Source: Bugula neritina (taxonomy: Eukaryota > Animalia > Bryozoa). From it: a DNA stretch of 64,000 nucleotides. This document shows positions 42,001-51,674 of this stretch, piece by piece. The stretch lies in contig OZ037767.1 in the NCBI GenBank assembly GCA_964035545.1, positions 631,680 to 695,679 on the forward strand. The letters are read 5' to 3'. Made by a program: the position numbers and the translations under genes. The first letter of the stretch is position 1. Each line of letters opens with the position of its first letter. The notes beneath the pieces were generated by a model. That model worked only from the letters and a program-made list of their open reading frames with translations. It did no database searches and was not told the origin of the DNA.

Positions 42001-44806
42001 ATTGTGTTCAGAGTTTAGTTTTAATCTGAATATTCACAGATAAATTATCTACTGAAAGACGGAGCGACGTACTTACTCCAGAGAAGTTCTGTGACAGACG
42101 CCGGGAGAGTAGAGACGATGGTGGAAGAGTTACAGACCAGTGTGGACACACTGAGACTAGAGCTCAGGCCAGGGTCAGACGAAGTGACTCAAGTAGAGGC
42201 TGAGCTCGAGTCCATCATCTCCGAACAGGAAGTTATAGACAGAGGTTCGACTCAGTCTAGCCGCCATCTTAGTTATCAGCCATGTGAAACTTCTTACTCG
42301 TTTTTATGTGCTCTCCAAGTGAATATATTGTTAGCTGATTGTGCTAGAATGTTCTTTCTGTTGGTGTGTAGAGTTGGAGTCACCTCCCCTTGTGTCTTCA
42401 CCGAGTCCTCTGCCAGACTCTGCTTTACAACAGACCAGTGCAGCAGAAGAGGCTCAGCGCAGACTCAACTACATAGACCAGCGGATAGCAGACGCCGAGA
42501 AGAGGGCCGAGTTGAACAGGAAGAAGAAGGCTGCGTCTGCTGCGAACATGTCACTCGCAGGCAAGCCTCTGCTCCAGCTCAGCTCACTGCGACACAAACC
42601 ACGCAGCCTCAGCTCTTCGCACCTAACACTAGCACCTTCTGCTGGTGAGGGTTTGCACTTCCCTAATTTTAGTTCTAGATCCCAGCTACCTGTCACATAT
42701 CACGTCTGCTGTGTGCTGCATGGGCCAATCACAATGCTTCTTACATACCTTTGCACTTTGTTGATTCACAGCTACACCAATCAGTACCTACTACACTGTA
42801 TACAGAGAGTGTGTGTTACATGTACCTACTACACTGTATACAGAGAGTATGTGTTACATGTACCTACTACACTGTATACAGAGAGTGTGTGTTACATGTA
42901 CCTACTACACTGTATACAGAGAGTATGTGTTACATGTACCTACTACACTGTATACAGAGAGTATGTGTTACATGTACCTACTACACTGTATACAGAGAGT
43001 GTGTGTTACATGTACCTACTACACTGTATACAGAGAGCATGTGTTACATGTACCTACTACACTGTTTACAGATAAGAGAGTTGCAGATGCTACAGACTCT
43101 CCCTTCCAGAGGTTCATGGCATCCAGACGCACAATGGGGCCATCTTGTAGGCGGAGAGCCGTTCCACAAGTTACCAGGTGGGTTGGAGTTCCTTGTATGG
43201 TAGTAGAGTGTTCATACTGTGTCCATGTAATAGTATGTCTAGTAACAGTATAGTGTTAATACTGTGTCCATGTAATAGTATGTCTAGTAACAGTATAGTG
43301 TTAATACTGTGTCCATGTAATAGTATGTCTAGTAACAGTATAGTGTTCATACTGTGTCCATGTAGTAGTATGTCTAGTAACAGTATAGTGTTCATACTGT
43401 GTCCATGTAGTAGTATGTCTAGTAACAGTATAGTGTTCATACTGTGTCCATGTAGTAGCTAATCTACTCTCTCTCTCTTGTAGGACTAGAAGTCACTCCA
43501 GTGACCGACAGTATAGGCTGAGGAGAGATAGCAGTCCTTTAACTCGCACCAGTCTCGCTCCTGGTTCTACTTACTCCACCCAATCAAGTGAGACTTAACA
43601 TCTGCTTCTCAACTAGAATAGTCATGATATTCACCTCTTTCTGTGTTTCATAGTCATGATATTCACTTTTTTCTGTGTGCAGCTCACTCCACCATATCAC
43701 CGGTGACGAGAGACGAACTCAGCAGTGAGCAGCGGACTGTGTTACAGAAGAGACAGTTGGAGGTGGACGTGCGGAATCTCCTCTCCTGGCTAGGTGAGGC
43801 TGAAGAACTCAGTTTAAGGTGGGCGGAGAGAGTTCCTAATGATCTCAACTCACTGGGCAAACTCTGCGCTCAGTACAAGGTAAGCTATTCAACTCTCTGC
43901 TCAGTTCAACTCACATCTGTTACCCAATAGTAACCTCTCATCTGTAGCAACCACTCAGTTCAAATCCATCATCTATCTGACTTCTCCATATTTTCACATA
44001 ATATTTGCTGTATTTGATAGGATTTCTATACTCGCCTTCAACAACAGAGAAGTCGTGTCCTCTCAATCAACATCATCGCGAGTATGGACGACTCCGCAGG
44101 TAGTGAACTGGATTCTCTAAACTCTCGCTGGGAGAAGATACAGGAAATGATGGTTCGACATCGTACTCATCTCCAGCCCAGACTGGTGGCCTGCAAGGAG
44201 TTGGAGAGACAGATTAAGAAGTTGTCTGACTCCGTCACTGCCATACAGCTGGAGGTGATCAGCGAAGTATCAGATGTCAAGGTCAGTTGTTGCACTTCCT
44301 GTCACATTACAACTACTCGTTTATATCCTGCAATATCCACCAGTTGTCTCCCTTCATGATGTGTATTGTCAGCATATAGAGTTGTCTCTCTTCGTGATGT
44401 GTGTTGTCAGTATATAGAGTTGTCTCCCTTCATGATGTGTATTGTCAGTATATAGAGTTGTCTCCCTTCATAATGTGTATTGTCAGTATATAGAGTTGTC
44501 TGCCTTCATGATGTGTATTGTCAGCATATAGAGTTGTCTCTCTTCGTGATGTGTGTTGTCAGTATATAGAGTTGTCTCCCTTCATGATGTGTATTGTCAG
44601 TATATAGAGTTGTCTCCCTTCATAATGTGTATTGTCTCTTGCTATAGTCTGTGGAGAGTCACCTCAGGCGGCACTACAAGGCTATAAAGTCTCACCTCAG
44701 TAACCTCTCACCTATCCTGGCCGAGTACCAGCCGGCCGAGCAACTCATGGACTATCTGCTTATCGCAGAAGACAAATGTAAAACTCTCTTGAAAATAGAG
44801 GAATAA
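55..44806 (+). CDS. SYNE1: Nesprin-1/SYNE1-like giant spectrin-repeat protein, 3' part (5' end lies upstream of the window); ~58 exons
   Basis: Chain of GT-AG exons encoding helical Leu/Glu/Gln-rich spectrin-like repeats; phases checked at many junctions, other boundaries approximate. Approximate exons: 55-178, 356-568, 906-1220, ~1335-1492, 1663-1965, 2140-2395, 2591-2752, 2968-3150, 3328-3509, 3688-3978, ~4282-4499, 4639-4852, 5103-5276, 5592-5867, ~6106-6374, 6496-6693, 6941-7069, 7230-7338, 7491-7679, 8184-8501, 8762-8900, 9059-9231, 9522-9667, 22538-22721, 22951-23295, 23487-23623, 24203-24396, 24653-24804, 25029-25149, 26644-26800, 26943-27112, 27421-27846, 28121-28291, 29497-29636, 30366-30424, 32184-32335, 33109-33283, 33515-34005, 34523-34731, 34919-35168, 35372-35540, 35629-35773, 35925-36163, 36460-36639, 37037-37297, 37492-37652, 37765-38042, 38805-38973, 39060-41021, 41211-41443, 41614-41875, ~42040-42244, 42373-42644, 43072-43177, 43484-43587, 43683-43879, 44021-44281, 44648-44806 (TAA). 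Family call rests on recalled similarity of ...IDHHGRVVTAVVNLCSVLQHDQDA...DRWKTLC...LKLINRRY...LWDKTYQCLQAVVRRLKH to the conserved C-terminal spectrin repeats of nesprin-1. Confidence 0.8.
577..800 (+). repeat. Intronic minisatellite, 19-bp unit TACTAGTAGTATATTATAT
   Basis: About 11 copies starting 8 bp after the donor. Confidence 0.9.
1497..1647 (+). repeat. Intronic minisatellite, 44-bp unit x3.5, filling the intron
   Basis: gtgaccttcac at 1497, 1541, 1585 and 1629. Confidence 0.9.
2391..2562 (+). repeat. Donor-junction minisatellite, 31-bp unit with 6 copies of ctctg|gtgagt
   Basis: gtgagt at 2396, 2427, 2458, 2489, 2520 and 2551. Confidence 0.92.
4539..4649 (+). repeat. Acceptor-junction minisatellite, 25-bp unit with 5 copies of ttacag|cgagtt
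   Basis: cag ends at 4544, 4569, 4594, 4619 and 4638 (the last is the likely true acceptor). Confidence 0.9.
5849..6057 (+). repeat. Donor-junction minisatellite, 40-bp unit x5
   Basis: tgtgacg|gttagt at 5868, 5908, 5948, 5988 and 6028. Confidence 0.92.
6707..6935 (+). repeat. Intronic minisatellite, 23-bp unit ACTAGTGACATCTGGTGGTGTGT x~10
   Basis: Direct reading; fills almost the whole intron up to the acceptor. Confidence 0.92.
7662..8158 (+). repeat. Donor-junction minisatellite, 29/20-bp units with ~18 copies of gtgtcag|gtgagt
   Basis: Unit = last 18 exonic nt (aggtgtcagaggtgtcag) + first 11 intronic nt (gtgagtgagca). Confidence 0.92.
9969..10177 (+). repeat. Minisatellite, 22-bp unit TGTGTCAGCATAGGCAGACAGA
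   Basis: About 9 copies just downstream of the gene A stop codon. Confidence 0.9.
10220..11716 (-). CDS. Nested antisense gene A: ~270-aa protein, Ser/Pro/Thr-rich N-terminus and charged coiled-coil C-terminus, unknown family
   Basis: Phase-consistent exons on the - strand: 11716-11248 (MPTEMRGQSEDS...GSGE, donor gttagt), 10748-10654 (DVEGESSRR...MPM, donor gtaaga), 10510-10485 (NNGQVCIVV, donor gtaagt), 10442-10220 (KRRSNEEEPRNDEKDEDMVVERLKAYLKLNISRRDNDINEYQREIEKYQQKIEEKKAENVEDKRELDDLTKGR*). Total 813 nt, divisible by 3. Confidence 0.6.
11161..11231 (+). pseudogene. Degenerate tRNA-like sequence (tRNA pseudogene or tRNA-derived SINE head)
   Basis: A box TGGTGTAATGG, B box GGTTCGATT, acceptor stem GCCTCCG/TGGTGGC (one mismatch), D stem GTGT/GCAC, followed by a T4 run. 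The anticodon arm is defective (6-nt loop TTGCAA) and the T stem is mismatched, so no isotype is assignable. Confidence 0.6.
13113..14688 (-). CDS. Nested antisense gene B, paralog of gene A (possibly degenerate)
   Basis: Exon 14688-14313 aligns by eye with A exon 1 (DSLSTYASAQQPQDIFSQSS...SPSQNYEVITDGQ vs DSQSSYTSVQHPQDMSSQSS...SPSSLNYEVTTDDQ). Exon 13893-13796 starts tag|ATGTGGAA (DVE) and ends ATG|gt as in A. Terminal exon 13269-13113 (KRQSDM...VKLKV*) has an acceptor homologous to A's. No phase-correcting micro-exon could be resolved. Confidence 0.5.
13272..13646 (+). repeat. Minisatellite, 29-bp unit GTGGAGATACTACAAACCACACAATATAT x13, abutting the minus-strand acceptor of gene B
   Basis: Direct reading; the paralogous acceptor of gene A (10443-10460) has a single related copy. 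Confidence 0.92.
14936..15169. mobile_element. hAT (Charlie-like) MITE
   Basis: TIRs CAGGGGTGGGCAACT / AGTTGCTCACCCCTG (1 mismatch); 234 bp; 8-bp flanks only partly match (gtatggag/ctatagac). Confidence 0.65.
16284..16960. mobile_element. Non-autonomous DNA transposon (MITE), TA-flanked
   Basis: Perfect 21-bp TIR CCCCCTGTTCACACATTGCCG / CGGCAATGTGTGAACAGGGGG, TA on both sides, AT-rich interior, 677 bp. Superfamily (Tc1/mariner vs PIF/Harbinger) uncertain. Confidence 0.8.
17010..17917 (-). mobile_element. Internally deleted hAT (Charlie/Buster-like) transposon with remnant of the transposase dimerisation domain
   Basis: 16-bp TIR CAGGGATGGGCAAATG / CATTTGCCCATCCCTG; 8-bp TSD ctttacag/ctttacaa; minus ORF 17585-17785 EKYPTLAELGLRALRIFVYSYKFECMLSSINHIKNSNRTR matches the hAT C-terminal motif (YP.L...A....F.S.Y.CE..FS....IK...R.RL). 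Confidence 0.85.
18026..18699 (-). CDS. Nested antisense gene C: ~147-aa acidic N-terminus and helical C-terminus, unknown family
   Basis: Phase-consistent exons 18699-18630 (MSGTEDMDVDEASTENCAVNTQT), 18538-18471 (DQCPMETADEDDSGSSLPPRNPQ), 18331-18026 (TNNGDARSRVCRPPSDTISNSITTLLVAMKDNLAEKEQTIQMIE...SQPEDN*). All introns GT-AG. Possible 5'UTR donor gtaagt near 20164. Confidence 0.6.
20560..21758. mobile_element. Non-autonomous hAT-like DNA transposon
   Basis: Perfect 16-bp TIR CAGTGGTGTATTGGTA / TACCAATACACCACTG; ~1.2 kb AT-rich interior; TSD imperfect (ctcatacc on the left, gtcatacc 4 bp beyond the right end). Confidence 0.7.
23898..24169 (+). repeat. Intronic minisatellite, ~26-bp unit TAGCTCATAGTATACAGGTAAACACC
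   Basis: About 10 copies, most containing CAG|GTAA. Confidence 0.9.
25144..26182 (+). repeat. Donor-junction minisatellite, 41-bp unit x~25
   Basis: Unit (c/t)agcag|gtacttgtacagtgtctatatagtgtgacactaac; the first copy is the real donor at 25150. Confidence 0.93.
28477..28497 (+). other. Candidate 21-nt symmetric micro-exon (TFEQELT) of the nesprin-like gene
   Basis: atgcag|ACGTTTGAACAGGAACTCACG|gtgagt inside a phase-0 intron (28292-29496). Confidence 0.5.
30660..32172 (+). repeat. Intronic minisatellite, 20-bp unit GTGATATATACAACTACTAG x~75
   Basis: Direct reading; ends ~10 bp before the acceptor at 32183. Confidence 0.95.
32485..33094 (+). repeat. Perfect intronic minisatellite, 17-bp unit CTCACTTTACCTGCTCA x~36
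   Basis: Invariant copies running into the acceptor at 33108. Confidence 0.95.
34006..34495 (+). repeat. Minisatellite, 43-bp unit starting at the donor (gtatgtatagtctttggt...) x~11
   Basis: Direct reading; fills the intron. Confidence 0.9.
35146..35335 (+). repeat. Donor-junction minisatellite, ~34-bp unit x~5
   Basis: Unit contains 23 exonic nt (agatgtgaatacagatactatag) + gttggtatatg. Confidence 0.9.
36192..36457 (+). repeat. Intronic minisatellite, 37-bp unit x~7 ending at the acceptor
   Basis: Unit tgtctagtaagtgtagtactgtatagtaacaccat(a/g)c. Confidence 0.9.
38043..38804 (+). repeat. Whole-intron minisatellite, 40-bp unit x19
   Basis: Intron is 762 nt = 19x40+2, starting gtagttactc and ending tattacag. 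Confidence 0.95.
39060..41021 (+). CDS. SYNE1: Large ~1.96-kb exon of the nesprin-like gene (several spectrin repeats)
   Basis: 662-aa ORF 39090-41078; acceptor ttttgtag at 39059 and donor AAG|gtactc at 41022; periodic Trp residues typical of spectrin repeats. Confidence 0.88.
42784..43071 (+). repeat. Acceptor-end minisatellite, 38-bp unit x~7.5
   Basis: Each unit has actgtatacag|ag; the last reads actgtttacag|at (true acceptor). Confidence 0.9.
43207..43457 (+). repeat. Intronic minisatellite, 45-bp unit x~5.5
   Basis: Direct reading. Confidence 0.9.
44342..44637 (+). repeat. Intronic minisatellite, 38-bp unit x~8 ending at the acceptor
   Basis: Unit agttgtctcccttcatgatgtgtattgtcagtatatag. 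Confidence 0.9.
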
Positions 44807-47467
44807 AACTACCATGTATGTATTGAGTAATAATATATATTATAATGTATTAATTAATAATATATAATATAATGTATTAAGTATTAATATATAATATAAT
44901 GTATTGGGTAATAACATGTAATATAATGTATTGATGAATGTGTAATGAGTAATTGATTTTGGGTGATGGGACATGTGTAATTAATGGTAATGTTGATGTT
45001 TTAGAGACAAATTAAGATGGAACTCTACTGCTGGTTATGTGACTGCCACAAAGCAAGCCTTTGACATTCTTATCAGTTCTTCTGCCAAAAGATATTCCGT
45101 CCAGCACTATATTTTATTATGTTATTTTTTATTACATTACGCTATGTTATGTTATATGATGATACATATTATGATATGTTATATCATATTAGGTTACACA
45201 TTATATCATATTATATTAGAATAGATCTTAGTTAGTCGTAGAAGTGCCAGAGTAAAAACACAGCCGTCTGCCAAGTGTCATCTGACATGCAATCACATGA
45301 CACTGACACCTGCACCTACCTGCTCACTCACTGCATGCCTATGTTATTGTATATATATTTTGGGAGGATAGTTTTTAAAGCTTCTAATGACATTATTATA
45401 GTTACGACAAATTAGCTAATTTTTAGACATATTTTTGGTATATTTGTAACATTTATTGAGAAAATTAAGTGGGGTATAAACTGCTAAATTTTCTTTCCTG
45501 TGTGTTTGAATACATCAAGTTTATAACTATATTTACTGTAGCCATATATTTACTATCTTTAAATGAAGCATAGTTTTTATCTCACTAGTGTAAACACAAA
45601 GCTTTTATATTTCACTAATACAGCATATTTACTCATTCACTATCAACAACTTCATCTTCTTCCTGTTTTCATTAAATAACATGAAAATAATTCCTCATAA
45701 AATTGAATCAAAGGTCACAGCTTTGCAAATATTCATCAAAAATGAACTGATTTGCCCACCAACTTAGTTTGAGAGTCTCTTAATTTCTGAGCAAGCAGAC
45801 CCTTGATACACCCCCCCCCCCAACTATATAAACTCCTAGCACAGAGAGAAAACAGTTTAGTTCTAAGTGTGCCACTGCATCCCATGGCAGCGCTAGGAGA
45901 GCTGCCAACATACATACCTCTGCTCCGCATACATCTACTCAACTCATCTGTTACAAATAGTTTAACAATCGTAACTTTCTTTGAAACTTTTTACATTTCT
46001 GTACCATTTGCATAATTGATAATTCTATTTGCCTTGTTATAAATTGGCAGCAATGTGTTTTATACAACATACTACTACTTTAAATAAATACAATTTTTCT
46101 ATACTGTGTTTTAAATAAATGCAATTAATTGTTTACCAAACTACTTCAAATAGACTCTGTAGAAAATTGCTTGACTCTAATCTCCTAAAGAATTGAATAG
46201 TATGTTACTGACTACTGCTCTTTCTAATAATATTTCTCAAGTATCACTTCTCATTCTGGCTATTTTTGGGTGTTTATATTATGTAATGACTATGTGCGGC
46301 TTGGTGCTAGCTTTTTAAAAATATAACGTTATGGCTTTCTTGGTACTTTGGTCTTTTTTTATACAAGTTCCCCATAAATTATTGAGCTACACATCTTCAT
46401 GAAATTGACAGGTCGATCCAACGGGTTTAGAGTTGTCTGTTACAGGAATTGTACAGTTTTTCGCAAAATGATGAGCTCCACGTTTTTTAAATACATGGAA
46501 AAATTTAGTATTGTCAAAAATTTCTTATTTTCAATTTTTTTTTCTCAATAAAACATTAGTAATAATTATTTAGCACAAGGTGAATAATATTGTGTTCATG
46601 TTGCTAAGAAATAATATCCGGTCTTATAATCGTTTGTCTAAACTTCGTCAAAGGAATCAAATAATTTATGTAGTTAGAAGAGTGAATTAATATGTTTCTA
46701 GGGTTTTTGTTTGTCTTATGAAAACAAAGCAATTAAGTTAAAATTTATGTAAGTTTTTTTAGATATCAACTCAAGTTTTGCTTTTACACTTACTCTTAGA
46801 CTAAAACTAAAAGTTATACTTATACTTATAGACTGACTTTTACTCTAAAAGTAAGATTTAGATTCAGTTATTGAGAATGATTTAATATTATTAAATTAAA
46901 ATTAAACTAAAGAAGTTATTAGAAATTAACTCTGATTGTAATTTTAATTCTGATATGCATTCTATTGGCTATTGTGTGTCAGCTTGTTGCGCTTAAAATA
47001 ATTGTAAGTGAAACTCCACGAATGATAATCATATTGATGCTATGCTTTTAATTTCAATTTTCTACAAGTATAATATTAACAGTGACACTGCTATTACTAA
47101 TAGTAATAGTACTATTAATTAGTAGTTGTTTAAAACTTAAACTGAAACTACAAGCATTACTATTTGTAGCAATGCTTATATAATACCTAAATTGATTTTT
47201 TAATTAGCTGAGATTTACTTAGTAATCTTTGAGCAAAAAAGCCAATGCTTTTTTAAGAAATACTGTGTAAACCTAGTTCTTTAAGTGATGAATAACTATG
47301 TAGTTTTATTGGACAACATTTTCATTATGAGCTATAAGCATTATAAGGTTGAGAATTTTTATTTCAAGCAATAATTTTTTTCAGTAGCAGTTGCAAGATT
47401 CTACACATTGCTACAGCTTTAAATGTTTGTTTTATATTCACTGATTGTTTATAGTTTCTATTTAGCC

Positions 47468-50400
47468 ATGTCTACAAATGTTGTCCATCCAACTCAACCT
47501 CAGTCTGGTGAATATGTTGTCCCATCAGGGAACTCTAACTTTGCATCTGAAGAACAAGGCCCAGCAGATGAAGCAATTCGTGAGTATATAGCTTTTACAA
47601 ATATAAATCTTCTCTTTAGTTGATTAGTTCTAATAATTTTATATTACAAAAAGTAGCCATCAAACAGCATGTTTTGTTTAATTAAATGATTTCATTTCTA
47701 TATGCTTGTCTTTTGGAATTGTTATCTTGCAATATTTTTTTTAAAAAGTCAGTGAGTGCAGCAATTCTAGTATATAGTTATTTAGTTAAGTTAGAACTAT
47801 TGCATCTTTTATAATTGGAAATTATTATATATTATCAATTAGCATAATGTAGTCCAATTAAAGTACTAGTCCTTGTTTATTACTATTTTATTCTAATTAA
47901 TTCTTTAAATATTATTAGTTTTATTTTAATCAAAATTAAGTTTTAAATTGTCTTTGAAGCTCAATTTATGATTCTGTTTTGGCTAGATTTTGAGTTCATA
48001 ATTTTTCGTTGAATAAATAAAATGAGAAATAAAATATTTGATAATAATTAATTCATGAGGCTTCAATCACTAAATCTACTTCTAGCAGCATAGATTAGGT
48101 TTAGAACTCATTTTGTTTAGTTTTAGATGATGACTCACAACATATTTTCTTGCATCACAGGAAACTATTCAAACTAACTGCTGCTTACATAGCTGCTAGA
48201 GTTTGCTGTCAAGCCTTTTAATTGGTCCATTGTTATGTCTACCTTTAGAACCAGACGCGGCAGAGGATAAAGAGGAAGTAGATGACTATGTTCCGTCTGA
48301 CTTGAGTGGGCTTCAAACTTATGAAGGTTACGCAGACGTCGGGTTTGGTAAGGAAAACACGCCCCCTCCTCCCCCGCCCCCGTCATATGCGGAGGTCGCG
48401 ACATCGGCTATAGAGTTTACAACGTGAGTAGGTGGTTACACTGACAGCAGTTGGCCTTGACTGATTAGTCTCCTGGGAATATCCTGGGAAAATCCTGGGA
48501 ATAATATTCACATTGACAGTTTCAGTTTCTAGAGATAGAGTTTATGTTACAGCAGATCTTCTGGTGATTTTGACTAAAAATATTGCCCCGGGCTAAGCTG
48601 CATGACTTCTTATGGAGTTTGTTTACAGAGCAGCAAACATATCTGAAGAAGAGGCTAGAGACGCATTGCTGCAGTTTGTGGCGGAGAACTGTTGCTACGG
48701 TGACAAGGCAGCTAAGAAGATGCAATTTGATAGGATTGACCCTTCAAATGCTTTGCACGTGAGAGATATATTATACTAACTCTTACAGTATATTATACTA
48801 ACTCTTACAGTATATTATACCAACCCTTACAGTATATTATACCAACTCTTACAGTATATTATACTAACTCTTACAGTATATTATACTAACCCTTACAGTA
48901 TATTATACTAACTCTCACAGTATACTATACTAACTTTTGCAGTATGTTTCAACAGTTTGTGCTATCTTACCATATTATGTCTTTCAGTATGCTTTAGAGA
49001 CTTTTTGTGAGAAAAGAACAACTTGTAGAGTTGAGGTTCCTCACTACCCGAATCAACCTGTAGACGGGTCGTTCAATGGCGCGCCCCCTCTCCCTTGGGA
49101 CATTCCTGTCTCTCCACAGAGAGAGTTTGCTGATCTTGAATACAAACTGCCAGTTCCACACACGGCAGAAGTTAGGGTACGATCCTTCTTTCAACTCTAC
49201 TTGTAACATGTGATGCATATTATAGAGCTAAGGCTACTGGGGGTTTGATAATGTAGAAACTTTTGGGTTTATATGTTGGAAATTAAAATTCATCATATTT
49301 TTGTTTTTATTTGCAAAAGATATCTGAAAAAAATATAAAAAACTTTGGAAATTATAATTCACTTTATTCTTTTAGTAGTTTATAGTTTGAACATGATTAG
49401 ACATGTTAAGAGCTGTACTGCTAACTTCACTGTCACCATTCAGCACCTGCTGCGTGCTGTCAAAAGCAGCCATCATATTGGTTGTTGTAGTGGTGTGGGG
49501 TCTGTGCAGGCCGAGGCCGTGTGAGGTGTGGTCAGTGTCGTGGGTGCGGCAGAGTCAGATGTACGAGTTGTAGTGGTAGAGGGAGAGTACGGCGCCACTC
49601 TGATAATGGCACCTATTACACAACCTGTCATCGCTGTGGTATGTAAACATAACTCCTCAGTACTACTGAAGTCTGCTCTTTAATCTATAGTTAGGTATTA
49701 ATTTAATCAGGCTTGTGCCTTTTGTATTGATTTTTGCTTTATTGAACCAGATTTCAATACTACTTGTGCTTTCTTTTCACTGGCTATGCAACATGTGTTG
49801 AATTGTTTTAATTTGTTCAGACAGCCCTTTGATAATCATATAATTTTTGTGGTGTTTTCCTATAGTGTCACTGTGTCATGGTATCATAGTGTGATGCTGT
49901 CATAGTGTCATGGTGCCAGGGTGTCATGGTGTCACAGTGTCATAGTGCCAGCGTCAATATTTCCCTTGTAGGTGGTATGGGTCGTATATGTTGTGGTCGT
50001 TGTGGTGGATCTGGGAGAGTTATATGTAGACATTGTGAAGGAACAGGGGAAGTCACTAGCTTCATACAACTTACTGTTAGATTGTGAGTCTAACCTCTTT
50101 ATTAGTATACACATCTACTCTATTAGATCACATGATCTCGTTGCCATGGTTACTCTGATGCTGTGTTACACTTTAGCACTAACAATGTGATGGACTACAT
50201 TCTAAAAGACACGCCGATGCCCGATGAGTTGATAAAAACTGTTAGCGGCACTGAGCTCTTCACCCAAACTCTGCCTCAGGTACCTCTATAAACACTTTCC
50301 TCATGTTTACCATCTGAACTGTAGAGTTGTGTCTTCATGTATGTAGAGTCGTGCACTCGTGTATGTATTCTCATGTATATATATCATTATGTTCTCATGT

Positions 50401-51674
50401 ATAAAGAGTTGTATTCTCATGTATATAGAGTTGTATTCTCATGTATATAGAGTTGTATTCTCATGTATATATAGTTGTATTCTCATATATTTAGAGTTAT
50501 ACTCTCATGTATAAAGAGTTGTGTTCTCATGTATATAGAGTTGTATTCTCATGTATATAGAGTTGTATTCTTATGTATTTAGAGTTGTATTCTCATGTAT
50601 ATAAAGTTGTGTTCTCATGTATATAGATTTGTATTCTCATGTATATAGATTTGTATTCTCATGTATATAAAGTTGTGTTCTCATGTATATAGAGTTATAC
50701 TCTCATGTATATAGAGTTGTATTCTCATGTATATAAAGTTGTGTTCTCATGTATATAGATTTGTATTCTCATGTATATAGAGTTGTATTCTCATGTATAT
50801 AAAGTTGTGTTCTCATGTATATAGATTTGTATTCTCATGTATATAGATTTGTATTCTCATGTATATAAAGTTGTGTTCTCATGTATATAGAGTTATACTC
50901 TCATGTATATAGAGTTGTATTCTCATGTATATAAAGTTGTGTTCTCATGTATATAGATTTGTATTCTCATGTATATAGAGTTGTATTCTCATGTATATAG
51001 AGTTGTATTCTCATGTATATAGAGTTGTATTCTCATGTATTTAGAGTTGTATTCTCATGTATATAGAGTTATACTCTCATGTATAAAGAGTTGTGTTCTC
51101 ATGTATATAGAGTTGTATTCTCATGTATATAGAGTTATACTCTCATGTATAAAGAGTTGTGTTCTCATGTATATAGAGTTGTGTTCTCATGTATATAGAG
51201 TTGTATTCTCATGTATATGAAGTTCTAATCTCATGTATACAGAGTTGTATTCTCTTGCAGGTGAACCCAGTCTGCAGCTTTCCTGTCCAGCAGATAAACG
51301 AGAACTCGGCTAGACTCGTACAACACTCGAGAACTGCCTTCCCCTATCAGCGACAGCTCAAACAGGTAACTACTGTTTCATCAACTTATTTCATTTATTA
51401 TATTGTTTTATTAATTTATTTCTCTTTATTATGTTGTTTTATTAACATATTTTTGTCTTTTCTTTGAACAATATATTCAAATCATCATCAGCAAAAACTG
51501 TATATAATTCTATCTGGTCTGCTGCAGAGACACAATCTTAGGGCTGTGCCAGTCACAAGTGTTGCTTACACTTTTAAGGAAGAGTCGTCTACTTTCTGGG
51601 TTTACGGTATGGAAAGGAAAGTATATTCCCCAGACTATCCTCAGCAGTGTTGCTGGGGCTGTAACATCCTTTGA
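47468..51674 (+). CDS. SSUH2: SSUH2 (ssu-2 homolog)-like protein, copy 1, 406 aa
   Basis: Nine phase-consistent exons 47468-47579, 48249-48423, 48629-48758, 48988-49176, 49491-49638, 49972-50083, 50177-50279, 51261-51365, 51528-51674. Motifs ISEEEARDALLQFVAENCCYG, LETFCEKR, PPLPWDIPV, PVPHT, CxxCxGxG repeats, VYGMERKVYSPDYPQQCCWGCNIL*. Confidence 0.9.
50323..51260 (+). repeat. Intronic minisatellite, 22-bp unit AGAGTTGTATTCTCATGTATAT x~42 (SSUH2 copy 1, intron 7)
   Basis: The last unit becomes the acceptor (agagttgtattctcttgcag); the same intron of copy 2 (57520-57716) has only ~9 units. Confidence 0.92.

Noticed and set aside
45039-45224. Hydrophobic ORF as the KASH transmembrane helix
   Set aside because: Hydrophobicity comes from degenerate ttatg/ttata low-complexity repeats, and it lies downstream of the stop at 44806.
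45720-45831. ...ICPPT* and ...DTPPPPTI* as a KASH C-terminus
   Set aside because: No preceding transmembrane segment, no KASH luminal consensus and no good acceptor; the second arises from a poly-C run.
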